Both the position numbers and the translations under genes were made by a program. DNA of 64,000 bases, taken from positions 1 to 64,000 of the forward strand of contig PDIP01000073.1 in NCBI GenBank assembly GCA_002811645.1. The letters run 5' to 3'. This stretch comes from Corallochytrium limacisporum Hawaii (lineage: Eukaryota; Protista; Pluriformea). The notes beneath the pieces were generated by a model. The model was given only the letters and a program-made list of their open reading frames with translations. It ran no database searches and had not been told where the DNA came from. Numbering within the stretch: position 1 is the stretch's first letter; each line of letters begins with the position of its first letter. Positions 10,363 to 20,591 of the stretch are shown here, in pieces.

Positions 10363-12039
10363 ATGCCCATGGTTGACACAGCAACGGGCGGCAGAAGCTT
10401 TGATGCAAGCTATGCTGGTGGTACACCATATCCGTCTACAAGTGTAAAACCGCTCGGGATCAACCAGAAATCGAACATCATCGGTGGTGTACAACAGCAG
10501 GGAAATCCTAATCCAATGCATGGAGCTGGAAAGTTCTTCTTCCGCAAGCGCCGCGAACGGGTCAACTGGAAAAACGTTGCAGCACTGGACCTGGACCGGG
10601 TGATCCGCACGGTGGACGTCAAGGCTTTGGCCATCAACCTCGACAACATTTGTTTTGCGGATCTCGACGCAGAAGACTTCCAATTCTTGGACCCTAACTT
10701 TAGCAAGCTCTTCCGACTGTCACAACTTATTATTGAATATCTTTGCCACTCCCAGGAACATTTGGTGAAGCAGATTGAAACTGCCCGAAAGGATGCGAAT
10801 GAAATATATGGCGAACAACAAAAGCTTGTGGAAGAGATTCGTCTACGCGACAGCCAAATCCTGGACCTTCGCAAAGAACTCAAACAGCGACGTAAGATCA
10901 TCGCCGCCTACCAGACCATGCTCAATACCGGCGGCGGTGGCTACCATCGCTGTACCTACTGCCGGAAGGCTTTTGTCACCGTGGCCTACCTACAGGCGCA
11001 CTTGGAGCGTCGTCACCCCGAATATGTGGTGCCCAACCCTCCTGAACCTGTACGCATCCATTTGGACAACCCACCGGAGCCAGTAAAGATTCCTGCGTCT
11101 GTTACCGCCGAGGATGTGCAGCGTATGATGAAGGAACTTACGGACAGTCTAACCAGGCAGTTTACAGCATCACAGGAGAAGCTGCGCGGCGAGCTGGCGT
11201 CAATGCAAGATGCACTGGACGAGGAGCGCCAGCATGCTAAGGGCCGAGAGGCCGATTTTGAGTCGGAGAAGGAGCGTCTGCGCCTGGAGCACCAGGAGGC
11301 CTTACTGGGCCAACGCGAGCATATGCGTGAGGGCCCAACACAGGCACGTAGCAGTGGCCGTGGGGCCGGTCCGGTTGGTCCATCCTCCATGGTCGGTGGC
11401 CGGCCTCGCGGTGCCCAAAACAAGCAGTCTCGCACTGCAGCGACCCATGGAACCAACGGCCCATCCTCAATGGGTGCCTTCCAGCGAAGTGGAGCAGGCG
11501 CATCGTCTCCTGGGCGTAACCCTATGCTCCCGCACAAAATTGCAGCGGGAGGTGGCATGGTCAGCCAGGAGCGTGAACCAGCCGGGGGAGCCCCTACCAG
11601 CGCACCGGTCGCAGCAACTGCACTGACCGACGACGATGAAGAGTTTTTCATGTCTGATGAAGAGGAGGATGCAACAGTTCCACGCGGAGCCGCTGGCAGT
11701 GATGATCACACCGACATCGTGGCGGAGTTCTCGCGGGCTCTAAAGCAAAATGGGTCAGGTATACCACAGATGGGTGAAGACTTTGGTGATATGGATGAAA
11801 TCAGCATGGACCAGGAAGAGGAAGGCCGCGATCCGTACGATGCTCCGGACGGCGATGACTCGTTCGAAGTCGACGTGCCGGAGGACATGGAGGAACGGGC
11901 AGGACGGACGCAGGAAAGCATTTATTCTTTCGACCATATACGCGTCGATAACAACCGCGCTGCCGCCAACCAGCCTCCCATTGAGGAGGACATGGCCGAC
12001 TTTGACGATATTGATCTGGATGACTTAAGTGTTGTGTAA
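10363..12039 (+). CDS. DZIP1: DZIP1/DZIP1L (Iguana)-like protein: Dzip-like N-terminal domain, C2H2 zinc finger, coiled coil, acidic tail
   Basis: FFFRKRRERVNWKNVAALDLDRV...NICFADL...DPNFSKLFRLSQLIIEYLCHSQE; C2H2 finger CTYCRKAFVTVAYLQAHLERRH. Confidence 0.88.
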   Translation: MPMVDTATGGRSFDASYAGGTPYPSTSVKPLGINQKSNIIGGVQQQGNPNPMHGAGKFFFRKRRERVNWKNVAALDLDRVIRTVDVKALAINLDNICFADLDAEDFQFLDPNFSKLFRLSQLIIEYLCHSQEHLVKQIETARKDANEIYGEQQKLVEEIRLRDSQILDLRKELKQRRKIIAAYQTMLNTGGGGYHRCTYCRKAFVTVAYLQAHLERRHPEYVVPNPPEPVRIHLDNPPEPVKIPASVTAEDVQRMMKELTDSLTRQFTASQEKLRGELASMQDALDEERQHAKGREADFESEKERLRLEHQEALLGQREHMREGPTQARSSGRGAGPVGPSSMVGGRPRGAQNKQSRTAATHGTNGPSSMGAFQRSGAGASSPGRNPMLPHKIAAGGGMVSQEREPAGGAPTSAPVAATALTDDDEEFFMSDEEEDATVPRGAAGSDDHTDIVAEFSRALKQNGSGIPQMGEDFGDMDEISMDQEEEGRDPYDAPDGDDSFEVDVPEDMEERAGRTQESIYSFDHIRVDNNRAAANQPPIEEDMADFDDIDLDDLSVV

Positions 12040-12132
12040 GTTTACGGCAAAGGCAACATATTAACGGGAAGTTCTCAAAATAGGCTAATACGACTGCACA
12101 GACATTCTCTATTGGCCCTTTTCAACAAGAAT

Positions 12133-13224
12133 CTATTGACATCTGAACACAGCCTTGCCGCCCCTGGCACTTTCAAAAGCGCGGGCAACGCATTCCTTGC
12201 CCTGGTCGAGGGAAAAGAATGCATCAATGGGCACATCTAGCGTGCCTTCCTTAATCATGGCAATAAGATAATCATACATGATCTGAATTTCCTCTTGGCT
12301 CTTGCGAGGCATATACATACCCAGATGGAAGCCCTGGAAGGTCATTCCCTTGAAAATAAGAAAGCCATTCGGAATGGTCAAAGGCTTTAGGCTCATGGCT
12401 CCATAGGTAAGGACGTAGGCGAACTCCTCGAGACATTTGGCCATCTCCTTGCACGATTCTCCTCCAACGCCATTCAATCCCAGCTTTGCCTTTCCCGTGC
12501 CCTTGGACCTGATCTGAGGGATCACGTCCTTTGCGTAGGGAGTATCATCCACCACAACAATGTCAGATCCAAGTGCTTTGATCTCATCAACAGATTCTGG
12601 CCGCCGCACGGTGGTCACAACATGTAGACCCATCTTCTTTGCGACCGCAATCACTGCCGCCGCAATCGCAGAGGTGCCTAGGTTCTGAATGATCCAGTCA
12701 CCCGGTTCAAGGTCCACCACCCATTTGAGCATAGCATAGGCTGTGCAAGGATTGACATGAAGCATGGCAGCTGCAGCCTGTCGTGTTTCGCTTGCATCAG
12801 CGGGCAATCCGACTTTGAAACAGTTTGAGGTCGGCGCTACAATGTACTCTGACCACAATCCACCACCCCACTTGGGACCCCCGTTGTTGTGTTCGGTGCA
12901 TTCCTTCAGAGGCATGCTGCCTTTCACCGCGACATCATCACCGGCCGCGAAACCTGTGGTATCAGGACCGACTGCTTCGATTCGTCCGTAGCCCTCGAGG
13001 CCGACTGGGGCCGGTAGCCCTGCAGGGACCATGAGATAAGTGCCCTCGCAAACGTTGATATCGGATGGATTCACCGGGCTATACAGCATCTTGACGAGGA
13101 GCTCGCCCTTCTTCAGGGAGTTGGCAGCTGGTGGGGGTACATCCCGGACTTCAATGCCCTTGGAGGGATCGCCTCTGTTGAAACTTGTTAATGTTACTGC
13201 CTTCATCGTTTGATCGTTTTGCAT
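12133..13224 (-). CDS. MECR: Trans-2-enoyl-thioester reductase (MECR/ETR1 family, MDR superfamily)
   Basis: SPVNPSDIN.EGTY, GLEGYG, VNPCTAYAML, GDWIIQN, LNGVGG, TYGAMS and LIFKGMTFQGF motifs; start at 13224 or 13206. Confidence 0.85.
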   Translation of the reverse strand: MQNDQTMKAVTLTSFNRGDPSKGIEVRDVPPPAANSLKKGELLVKMLYSPVNPSDINVCEGTYLMVPAGLPAPVGLEGYGRIEAVGPDTTGFAAGDDVAVKGSMPLKECTEHNNGGPKWGGGLWSEYIVAPTSNCFKVGLPADASETRQAAAAMLHVNPCTAYAMLKWVVDLEPGDWIIQNLGTSAIAAAVIAVAKKMGLHVVTTVRRPESVDEIKALGSDIVVVDDTPYAKDVIPQIRSKGTGKAKLGLNGVGGESCKEMAKCLEEFAYVLTYGAMSLKPLTIPNGFLIFKGMTFQGFHLGMYMPRKSQEEIQIMYDYLIAMIKEGTLDVPIDAFFSLDQGKECVARAFESARGGKAVFRCQ

Positions 13225-14110
13225 AAAAGTCAATTTATCCTTTGCTGACTATTCACTGGGACTGCTCAACCATCTGCCGCTTTCTTACACCTGTGAAGGA
13301 ACACAGCAAGCGAAACAACTACAGATAAGGTGACCATCACAGACATCTTGCTATAAGCTAGCCGACGCATCTTTACACCACACTCACTCACACTTTCTCG
13401 CTCGCTCAGTCCCATGGACCCGTGCTCCTACCTGGAGTGCGCAATGAGTGTCGCTCACTACTGCTTCTCCGCCTTCAGACTCCGAAGTGTCTCGGTTGGA
13501 CGTGGCTTTGTTAGTGCTTGCCCCCCCCCCTCCCCACGATTATTGAGGTCCCCACGGGGCACACAATCACCAGTGCTCGTCATCTCCGCCTCCCTCGAAG
13601 GCCAGATGATAAATATAGCCTCGCCCTTCCCCAAGAGCGTAGTGGACAGAGCGCGCACGCACAGATCCGGACAAAACTTGTGATGTTTTAAATATTCCCC
13701 GTATATAAATATGATGAAAATGGTAGTTGTTCAAAGATGTACGTATATGTAAATGAATCCGCTCGGTCCTCCGCCCTACTCCTTAGGTTTTGTTAAAACC
13801 TCTCAGTTGGCTAGTGAAACCCCCCTCCTCCCTTCTTCCCTGGGGAGGGGGGGGGGGGGAAAGGAAGCAACGAAGATAATTTGCCTACAACCATCGCATC
13901 GCATCTTTGTTTGTATTGATTAGAGACGAAGGAAAGCAGGTGAACGGACCGGGTTAATCGATCCATTTGCCTTCACCACCACCACTCAATACGTCGATGT
14001 TAACGGAGAAAACAATAAACATGACATGCAAACGGTTAGTATGTGCAAAACTATGGATGTATGACATGTAATTCTATGAGATGCTAGATGTGTCTGGATT
14101 TGATGACATT

Positions 14111-15553
14111 TCAGGCCGTAGGCCTTGCGTTCTTTACAGGGACTCGGTGGCCGTTGATGTAGACCTGGTCGTTTTCAGTGGCCTTGTTGGATTCCCCTTC
14201 TCGCTGTAGTTTGGAGAAATCCTGGGAGCCGGTGGTGACCTGGGAGTCTTGGTAGGCGTCACGGGGATAGGCAGGCTCTCCATGCTTGTACAGATCAATA
14301 CCTTCTAGTTCAACCTTCTCAGTCACGCGCACTAGACCAAAGAAATTGCCTGTGAAGAAGGCAATGCTCATGGTGACGCCAACCCATGCAATGATGGTGA
14401 GACATCCAACAATGTTCCAGCCGAACTGCTTGAAGGAATCCGAATCCCACTGGTAGAAGATACCGGTGTCGACGGAGAACAGAGGAGCAGCCAGAGTACC
14501 CCAGATGCCAGCACCCAGATGGACGGCGACAGCTTCAACAGGGTCATCAATTCCAGCCTTCAGAACCATGTTGGCCCAAATGACTTCAGTGATACCGGCA
14601 ACTATGCCGATCACGTAGGCGGCCCAGGGATAGACAGAGTCTACGCCGGCGCAAATTGCAACCATACCCCCGAGGGCACCGTTCACGGCACCAAGGAAGG
14701 ACCACTGCTTGTTCTGGATCCATAGAAAGATCAGAGCAGCGTTGGCACCGCCAGCACCAGCCAACAGAGTGTTGACGATGGCAGCATTCAGGGTGTAAGA
14801 GGAACCACCAACAACGGTCAACTCGGATCCACCATTAAAGGCCAGGAAACCGAACCAGAGGATGAAACCACCAAGAGCAGCCAGGACCGTAGAGTGACCA
14901 GGCATGGGCAAAGGACGACCAGCCTCGTCGAAGCGGCCAATACGGGGGCCAATGATGTAGGATCCGACCAGGCCGGCCATACCACCGACACAGTGGACCA
15001 TTGTTGAACCAGCGTAATCCTGGAAACCAATTGCTCCATCGTTGGGACCTTCGGTATCGAGCCAGCCACCGCCCCAGTGCCAGTGAGTAGCAATGGGGTA
15101 GACAAAGCCAGTCAAGATAATGGAATACATCGCGTATCCCTGAATGGTCATGCGCTCAGCGACCGCACCAGACACGATGGTGGCGGCAGTGGCAGCGAAG
15201 GCGAACTGGAACCAGAAGTCAGCGAAGAGACCACGGTTTTCGCAGTTATTCAGATCGTGCAAAGCGAAGAAGTTGTTGCCAGCAAACTCATTGCCGCCAC
15301 CGTAGGCGAAACCGTAACCGAGCAGCCAGTAGGATGTTGCACCGATCGCAACATCCATGAAATTCTTGAATAGAATGTTTGTGGCGTTCTTTGACCGAAT
15401 GGAACCAGCCTCGAGGAAGGCGAAACCTGCTTGCATTAAGAAAACGATCATACCAAAGATAGCCAGGAACAGCTGGTCAATGGAGACCTCAAGTGCGTCA
15501 ATGCGCTCAGTATCTGTCGTGGCCACAGGGCAGTTTGTCGCGCCGGCAACCAT
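14111..15553 (-). CDS. Ammonium transporter (Amt1-type), paralogue A
   Basis: FLMQAGFAFLEAG, FQFAFAATAATIVSGAVAER, DYAGSTMVH, GPRIGRF, LWFGFLAFNGGS and IDDPVEAVAVH motifs; twin His intact. Confidence 0.97.
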   Translation of the reverse strand: MVAGATNCPVATTDTERIDALEVSIDQLFLAIFGMIVFLMQAGFAFLEAGSIRSKNATNILFKNFMDVAIGATSYWLLGYGFAYGGGNEFAGNNFFALHDLNNCENRGLFADFWFQFAFAATAATIVSGAVAERMTIQGYAMYSIILTGFVYPIATHWHWGGGWLDTEGPNDGAIGFQDYAGSTMVHCVGGMAGLVGSYIIGPRIGRFDEAGRPLPMPGHSTVLAALGGFILWFGFLAFNGGSELTVVGGSSYTLNAAIVNTLLAGAGGANAALIFLWIQNKQWSFLGAVNGALGGMVAICAGVDSVYPWAAYVIGIVAGITEVIWANMVLKAGIDDPVEAVAVHLGAGIWGTLAAPLFSVDTGIFYQWDSDSFKQFGWNIVGCLTIIAWVGVTMSIAFFTGNFFGLVRVTEKVELEGIDLYKHGEPAYPRDAYQDSQVTTGSQDFSKLQREGESNKATENDQVYINGHRVPVKNARPTA

Positions 15554-15588
15554 GTTTGCTATTTGTGTTTGACGAACTTCTATTACTA

Positions 15589-15712
15589 CTACAGAATGCT
15601 TGTTTCCGATGTTATCCGATGTTTACTACTAAAGCTTGATGTTAAAACTTTTCAAGGTTAGACGATCCTACTTTCTGTTAATACCCGTAGGAGCCACCTC
15701 GAGACAAGTTAC
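15589..15712 (-). other. Predicted 5'UTR intron chain of AMT-A: 38 nt / AAA / 43 nt / TA / 38 nt
   Basis: Minus strand: GTAACT...AACAG (15712-15675), GTAGGA...TTTAG (15671-15629), GTAAAC...TGTAG (15626-15589). Confidence 0.45.
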
Positions 15713-16060
15713 TTCAGATATCAGTCGCACGCGAAGCAATGTTCGGACGCGTTCACTGACTCCGGTTTCCTAAACCGCATAAACTTTCCGACAATCCTTT
15801 TCTGGCACGAGTCCCAACAAATCGAAGGAGTGCGAAGAGAGTGAAGAAGCTTGTATTCAGCATCACAGGGACCCCGCGTATCATGGGCTTGGTGGGTTGA
15901 CGGGAACGGCAAAAGAGTTAGAAATCGAACGGACCGAACACTTGAACGTCCATCGGTACACAGGTAAAGTCACCGCACATTTTTCTCTCATTTCCTAGAA
16001 GTGGACGGGCGGTTGATCCGGGGATGAACGAGGAGGGGGAGGGAGGGGAAGGGGAAGGAG

Positions 16061-16270
16061 NNNNNNNNNNNNNNNNNNNNNNNNNNNNNNNNNNNNNNNN
16101 NNNNNNNNNNNNNNNNNNNNNNNNNNNNNNNNNNNNNNNNNNNNNNNNNNNNNNNNNNNNNNNNNNNNNNNNNNNNNNNNNNNNNNNNNNNNNNNNNNNN
16201 NNNNNNNNNNNNNNNNNNNNNNNNNNNNNNNNNNNNNNNNNNNNNNNNNNNNNNNNNNNNNNNNNNNNNN
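16061..16270. other. Assembly gap (N run)
   Basis: 210 N, flanked by G-rich low-complexity sequence. Confidence 1.
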
Positions 16271-19200
16271 GGGGGGGGAAAGGGTCCACAGAGGCAGATG
16301 CTGGAAAAAAAAAAATATGTAGCCAACGGCGAAAATTTGCGACGAGCCCTTCTGAGAACTGGGCGCCCGCAAGACAACACTCTATCACATTTCTTCTACT
16401 CCCTTTCTCTTTTCCTTAGTGGTGTATGTTTTGGCCCACCGCTGCCTTCCCGCTCCCCTCTCCTTGCCTCCGGGTAGGTAAGGGAAGGAGTAAGAAACGA
16501 AACGGGGACTTTATTGCGTTTGCCTGCCGCTCCCCCTCCCCTCCTCTGTCCTCGCTCTCTCTCTCTGCTCTTACTGCGCGTGTGTGTTCGTCCTCAGCTG
16601 CTTCATCCTTCCCTCCTCCTCCTTCGGTTGGTGGGGCGAGTACGCTCCCCGGGACCATCACACACGGGACGTGGGCGGCGATGCGTGGTTGGGCAAGGCT
16701 AGTGGGCTTGTCTGAACCGTTCAAAGTAGAACAAACTGTGCGTCACCACGGGTCATCATCACCCGGTAGCCCCGGGCAAAATGCGTCCAGGAAAAAAACT
16801 CCTTGAGGCCCTGCGGGACTACACACTGTCTCCACCATTCGTGTTACGAGAACAGGTCGAAGTGGAATCGAAAAGTACTATCGTCATTGCCACTCAGAAA
16901 GTGACGAACCCCTCTGGTGGAGAACGCCCTGGGAAACTTAATACTGGATGGCCCAGCTCTCTTGATCAAGGTCGTAGAGTTGCGGTACACCGGAAAAGCC
17001 CTTCAAAGTTGCATGTTCGAAAAAAATAAGGTTCCAGATCTGATATAGACAACTGTGTGGTTCACCCCTCGACAGAGCGCCCCCAACCTGACTGCACATT
17101 TATCAATTCATTTTGCTTCTCATTTCGTCGAGAGATAGAAATCAGTTTGCGCCGCTCATGTCGCTCAGCTTTAGAGCCGGATCAGTCCGGGGCATCAACC
17201 ACCAGCCCTGACACGTCGATGGTCAGTACGTCGGAATGAAGCAGGAAACAGGGATCCGACATATCAAACAGTCATTGCGTACTCCATGTCCGGCGCACTG
17301 TGATTCCAGGGGCCAATCAAAGTGACACGTACAAAGGAATCATACACAAGGCCAGGGCAGGACTTCAGGAACCACTCTTTCTACATTATCAAGGTCGTTG
17401 GTCCGCGCATGGTTTATCATGTACTTAGTCAATGGTAACTTTTTTATTTGTTGGGACAAGGTTTGATTTCTTTCGCCATCCTCAAGTGTCCGCTGTACCT
17501 TAACATCACCAACTCGCTTCCAGTTGGCCCTATCGATACCCTTCTTAGATAGAGTGCTTGGGTTGGACAGAGTGAGATGGAATCCAACTCTCGCAACACG
17601 GAGCCCTTGTCCGAAGGAGCAAGCCCCTTCCCTGCCATTGCCTACGACCCGGGCACCGATGGAGGACAGGTATAGTTAAGCATATGTACAAATTTAGCAA
17701 ACAAGACCCGTCAACGAGGCCCAAGATGGCAGGAAATCTTCAAACGCACAAGCCAGTGAATCTTCGAGTGGCTGATATTTTCCTGCCCACTTCGGGAAAA
17801 CCAGTCCAGTCCTTCCTGTTGTATCTACCGATGGGACACGCACCAGAGAACACAGAGTGAGCACTTTGCTTGTCGAACGTACCATCGACCCGCCACGGGA
17901 TTTGCTGTGTGCCTCACGAGGCCAGACGAGACAAACAACTTCCAATTCCGGATGGTATTCTTACAATTGAGGCAATGCTACCACCAATGCCACTGCTGGC
18001 GGGCTGGCTTAGTTCCCTTCTGCCCGCACCACTTCACGGTTCGGTAGCTGAAGATTTTTGTGCGGTAAATGTATGGGGGATTGTGGGCAAACTTTAAACC
18101 AAACGGCCCTGACAACATTTCCTTTGGTTGTACGGAAAGCGTGAGGTCGTTTGTCACATGCTTTCAACATTACTTCTCCACGACATCAACATTGGAAGAC
18201 TCTTCTCCTGTCCCGCACAGGGTCCCCCTTGCCGATGAGAGCAGGAAGAATGGCACGAGTACTAAATGTGTGTGTCCTTCTTTTCACGAGTTTCCCATTC
18301 TCGTTAAAGTTGGTAGGGACAGTCTTTTGTTCCACGCACTGATTGCGGAATCGCTTTGCCACCAGCAGTGTGCCCACCGTCCACACACAACGGCATGCTG
18401 ACAAGCGAAAGAAGTGAAGTACCCTAAGAAAATTTGGGGGATGGTTCTGTATGGGCCCTTTCCAAACAACACTATCACAGTCAACTATCGATGCGGAATA
18501 TCATGCACGGGAGACGTACGCTATCAAAATTGCACCAACTTCGCACCATGTCGGGTGTGCGATAAACAATCGAAGGGGACAAGAATGAAAAAAAAAACTT
18601 GAGCAAACAGTATACAGAACTACGAATTGTCTCTTAGTCAACAAAGTATTACGGTGGCGTATTGCGGTAGATCACTGCTTGGCGTATGTCCAGACCAAGT
18701 TTTTTCCTCTCTTTTCGTTTTCTCTCCATCCTGGAACCCCTCCCACCCGGGCAGAAACAGGGAATCGGGTGGTGGGGTGCAGCACAGGGGCTTTTTACTG
18801 CGGCTGGCTCGCCCCGCACGAAACCTCATGATTCTACCTATCAATAGGAACAGTGCTGCCTGATCTTCGCTCTGCAGATCAGTGTGCGATGGGTTTTTTA
18901 ATTTTGTTTTTGATTTTGAATTTTTGGTGACCCTGCTCGAGCTCTCAAAATGTTCGTATCCCTCCCACACAAGTGAAATGTGTCTACACAACCGCTCTTA
19001 TACCGGGGCAGTCTTCTTTTCCTTTTGACAGGCAGGGCATAATACTTCTTTCCATTGGAGTCAAAGAGCCTCAACAGAGCACACGGCAGTCGACAGCGGA
19101 GTGTCCAAATACAAACACCCCGCCATCAGGGCTGTGCATGTCCGTTCGGGTTCGGTCCTGTGGTGCAAGAAGCTTGCGTTCAGGGGGGCCCACATCACGC

Positions 19201-20522
19201 ACATGACCCTTGGGGAGTTTTTTTTTGTCTCCCTCCGTCCCCTTCGCGACGGTCCTTGTGCCAGATAAGGGACGCGTGCTATATACCTCACAAGATTTCA
19301 GTCGTAAACAAAAGGATGGGGAAGGGTACTTGATACACCGCACAAGTATGGCCAAACTATAATTCGTGATGGATTCCGGTGTGCTGTCTCGAGTCGAAGA
19401 CCGATTACCGGGAGGAGGAGGAAAACGGAAGAGTTTGAAACATGGCTACAAACCCAAAGCAATACATAAGTAAACAATAATTGCTTAGTTGTTGAAAATG
19501 GTAGCGAAATCGTCAATGGTGAAGTGTATTTCCCAATCTAGAGAAGCAGCGGAGAAGGCGGGAAGGGAAGGGGGGGTAGGCCGGCCAGAAAAAGAATGCG
19601 TATCTCTGGGAACCTGTAAGAAAGGTCCTTTAGACAAGATAAGATCGATATAATAAAAGTACGACAAATATTCTCCACTGCGGGAGGGTGCAGCTGGTTT
19701 GGGTACGAACTCCTCCTCCCCCCCTTTTTTTTTTGAGCTGTGATCTCAGTTGGCCAGTACCCCCCCGGGAGGGGGGGGGGCTCCTCCGAAAGTCCGTCCC
19801 GAACTCCCACTCCCGGTTGAAAGGAAAAAAAATGGGAAAAAAACACCGAACACTCCCTACGGTGGTACCGTGATAGCTACATACCCCTCCCTTTCAGCCA
19901 CACAAATTCATTGGAATGTGTGTGTCTGTGTGTGTCGGGTGGAGCGGGGAGGGGGAATAAAAGAGCTGGTGTCATCGGTACCTTCACCTGCGGTGCAATT
20001 CCCTTTGTTTTTTTTCTATCCGTCCGTGGCTATATGAAGACTACGCTACCTTAAATCTCTTGTTAATTTTTTGGTTGTCTTTTATGGTTGGTGATGCCCG
20101 CTTGCCCCGGACAGCCAAAGCATGAAAAGCCATTTTGTGTTCCTCTATTTAAAAAACTGTCCCAGATTTTCCACCACGTGACATTCATTTCTGCGACATT
20201 AGTCGCGGATAGGAGCGGCTCGAGTAGGAAACGGAACGGTAAGATAGGAAATTTTGTCGAAGAAGACCCGCCGACTGAAGTGACCACAAACCATCCCTCG
20301 TCGCACACAACACACACACGCACAAAAAAAAAATAGAGACACACTCACTAAAACCAAAACTGTAAAATTGGGGTTTGGCACTTCACCTGTCTCGATTTGG
20401 CTTTGAAAAAGAAAGATAATCAGCCCCTCTCCTCCGAGGCGTGGGTGTTGTTCTGGTTTTCGATGTGTGTCCGCCCAATCTGCGAGACGAGGGGCGGGGA
20501 AGGGAGGAAGGGAGTGGAGAGT

Positions 20523-20523
<1 letters not shown>

Positions 20524-20588
<65 letters not shown>
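20524..20588. repeat. (CTG/CAG) trinucleotide microsatellite, ~21 units
   Basis: Perfect TGC tandem run in non-coding DNA. Confidence 0.97.
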
Positions 20589-20591
<3 letters not shown>

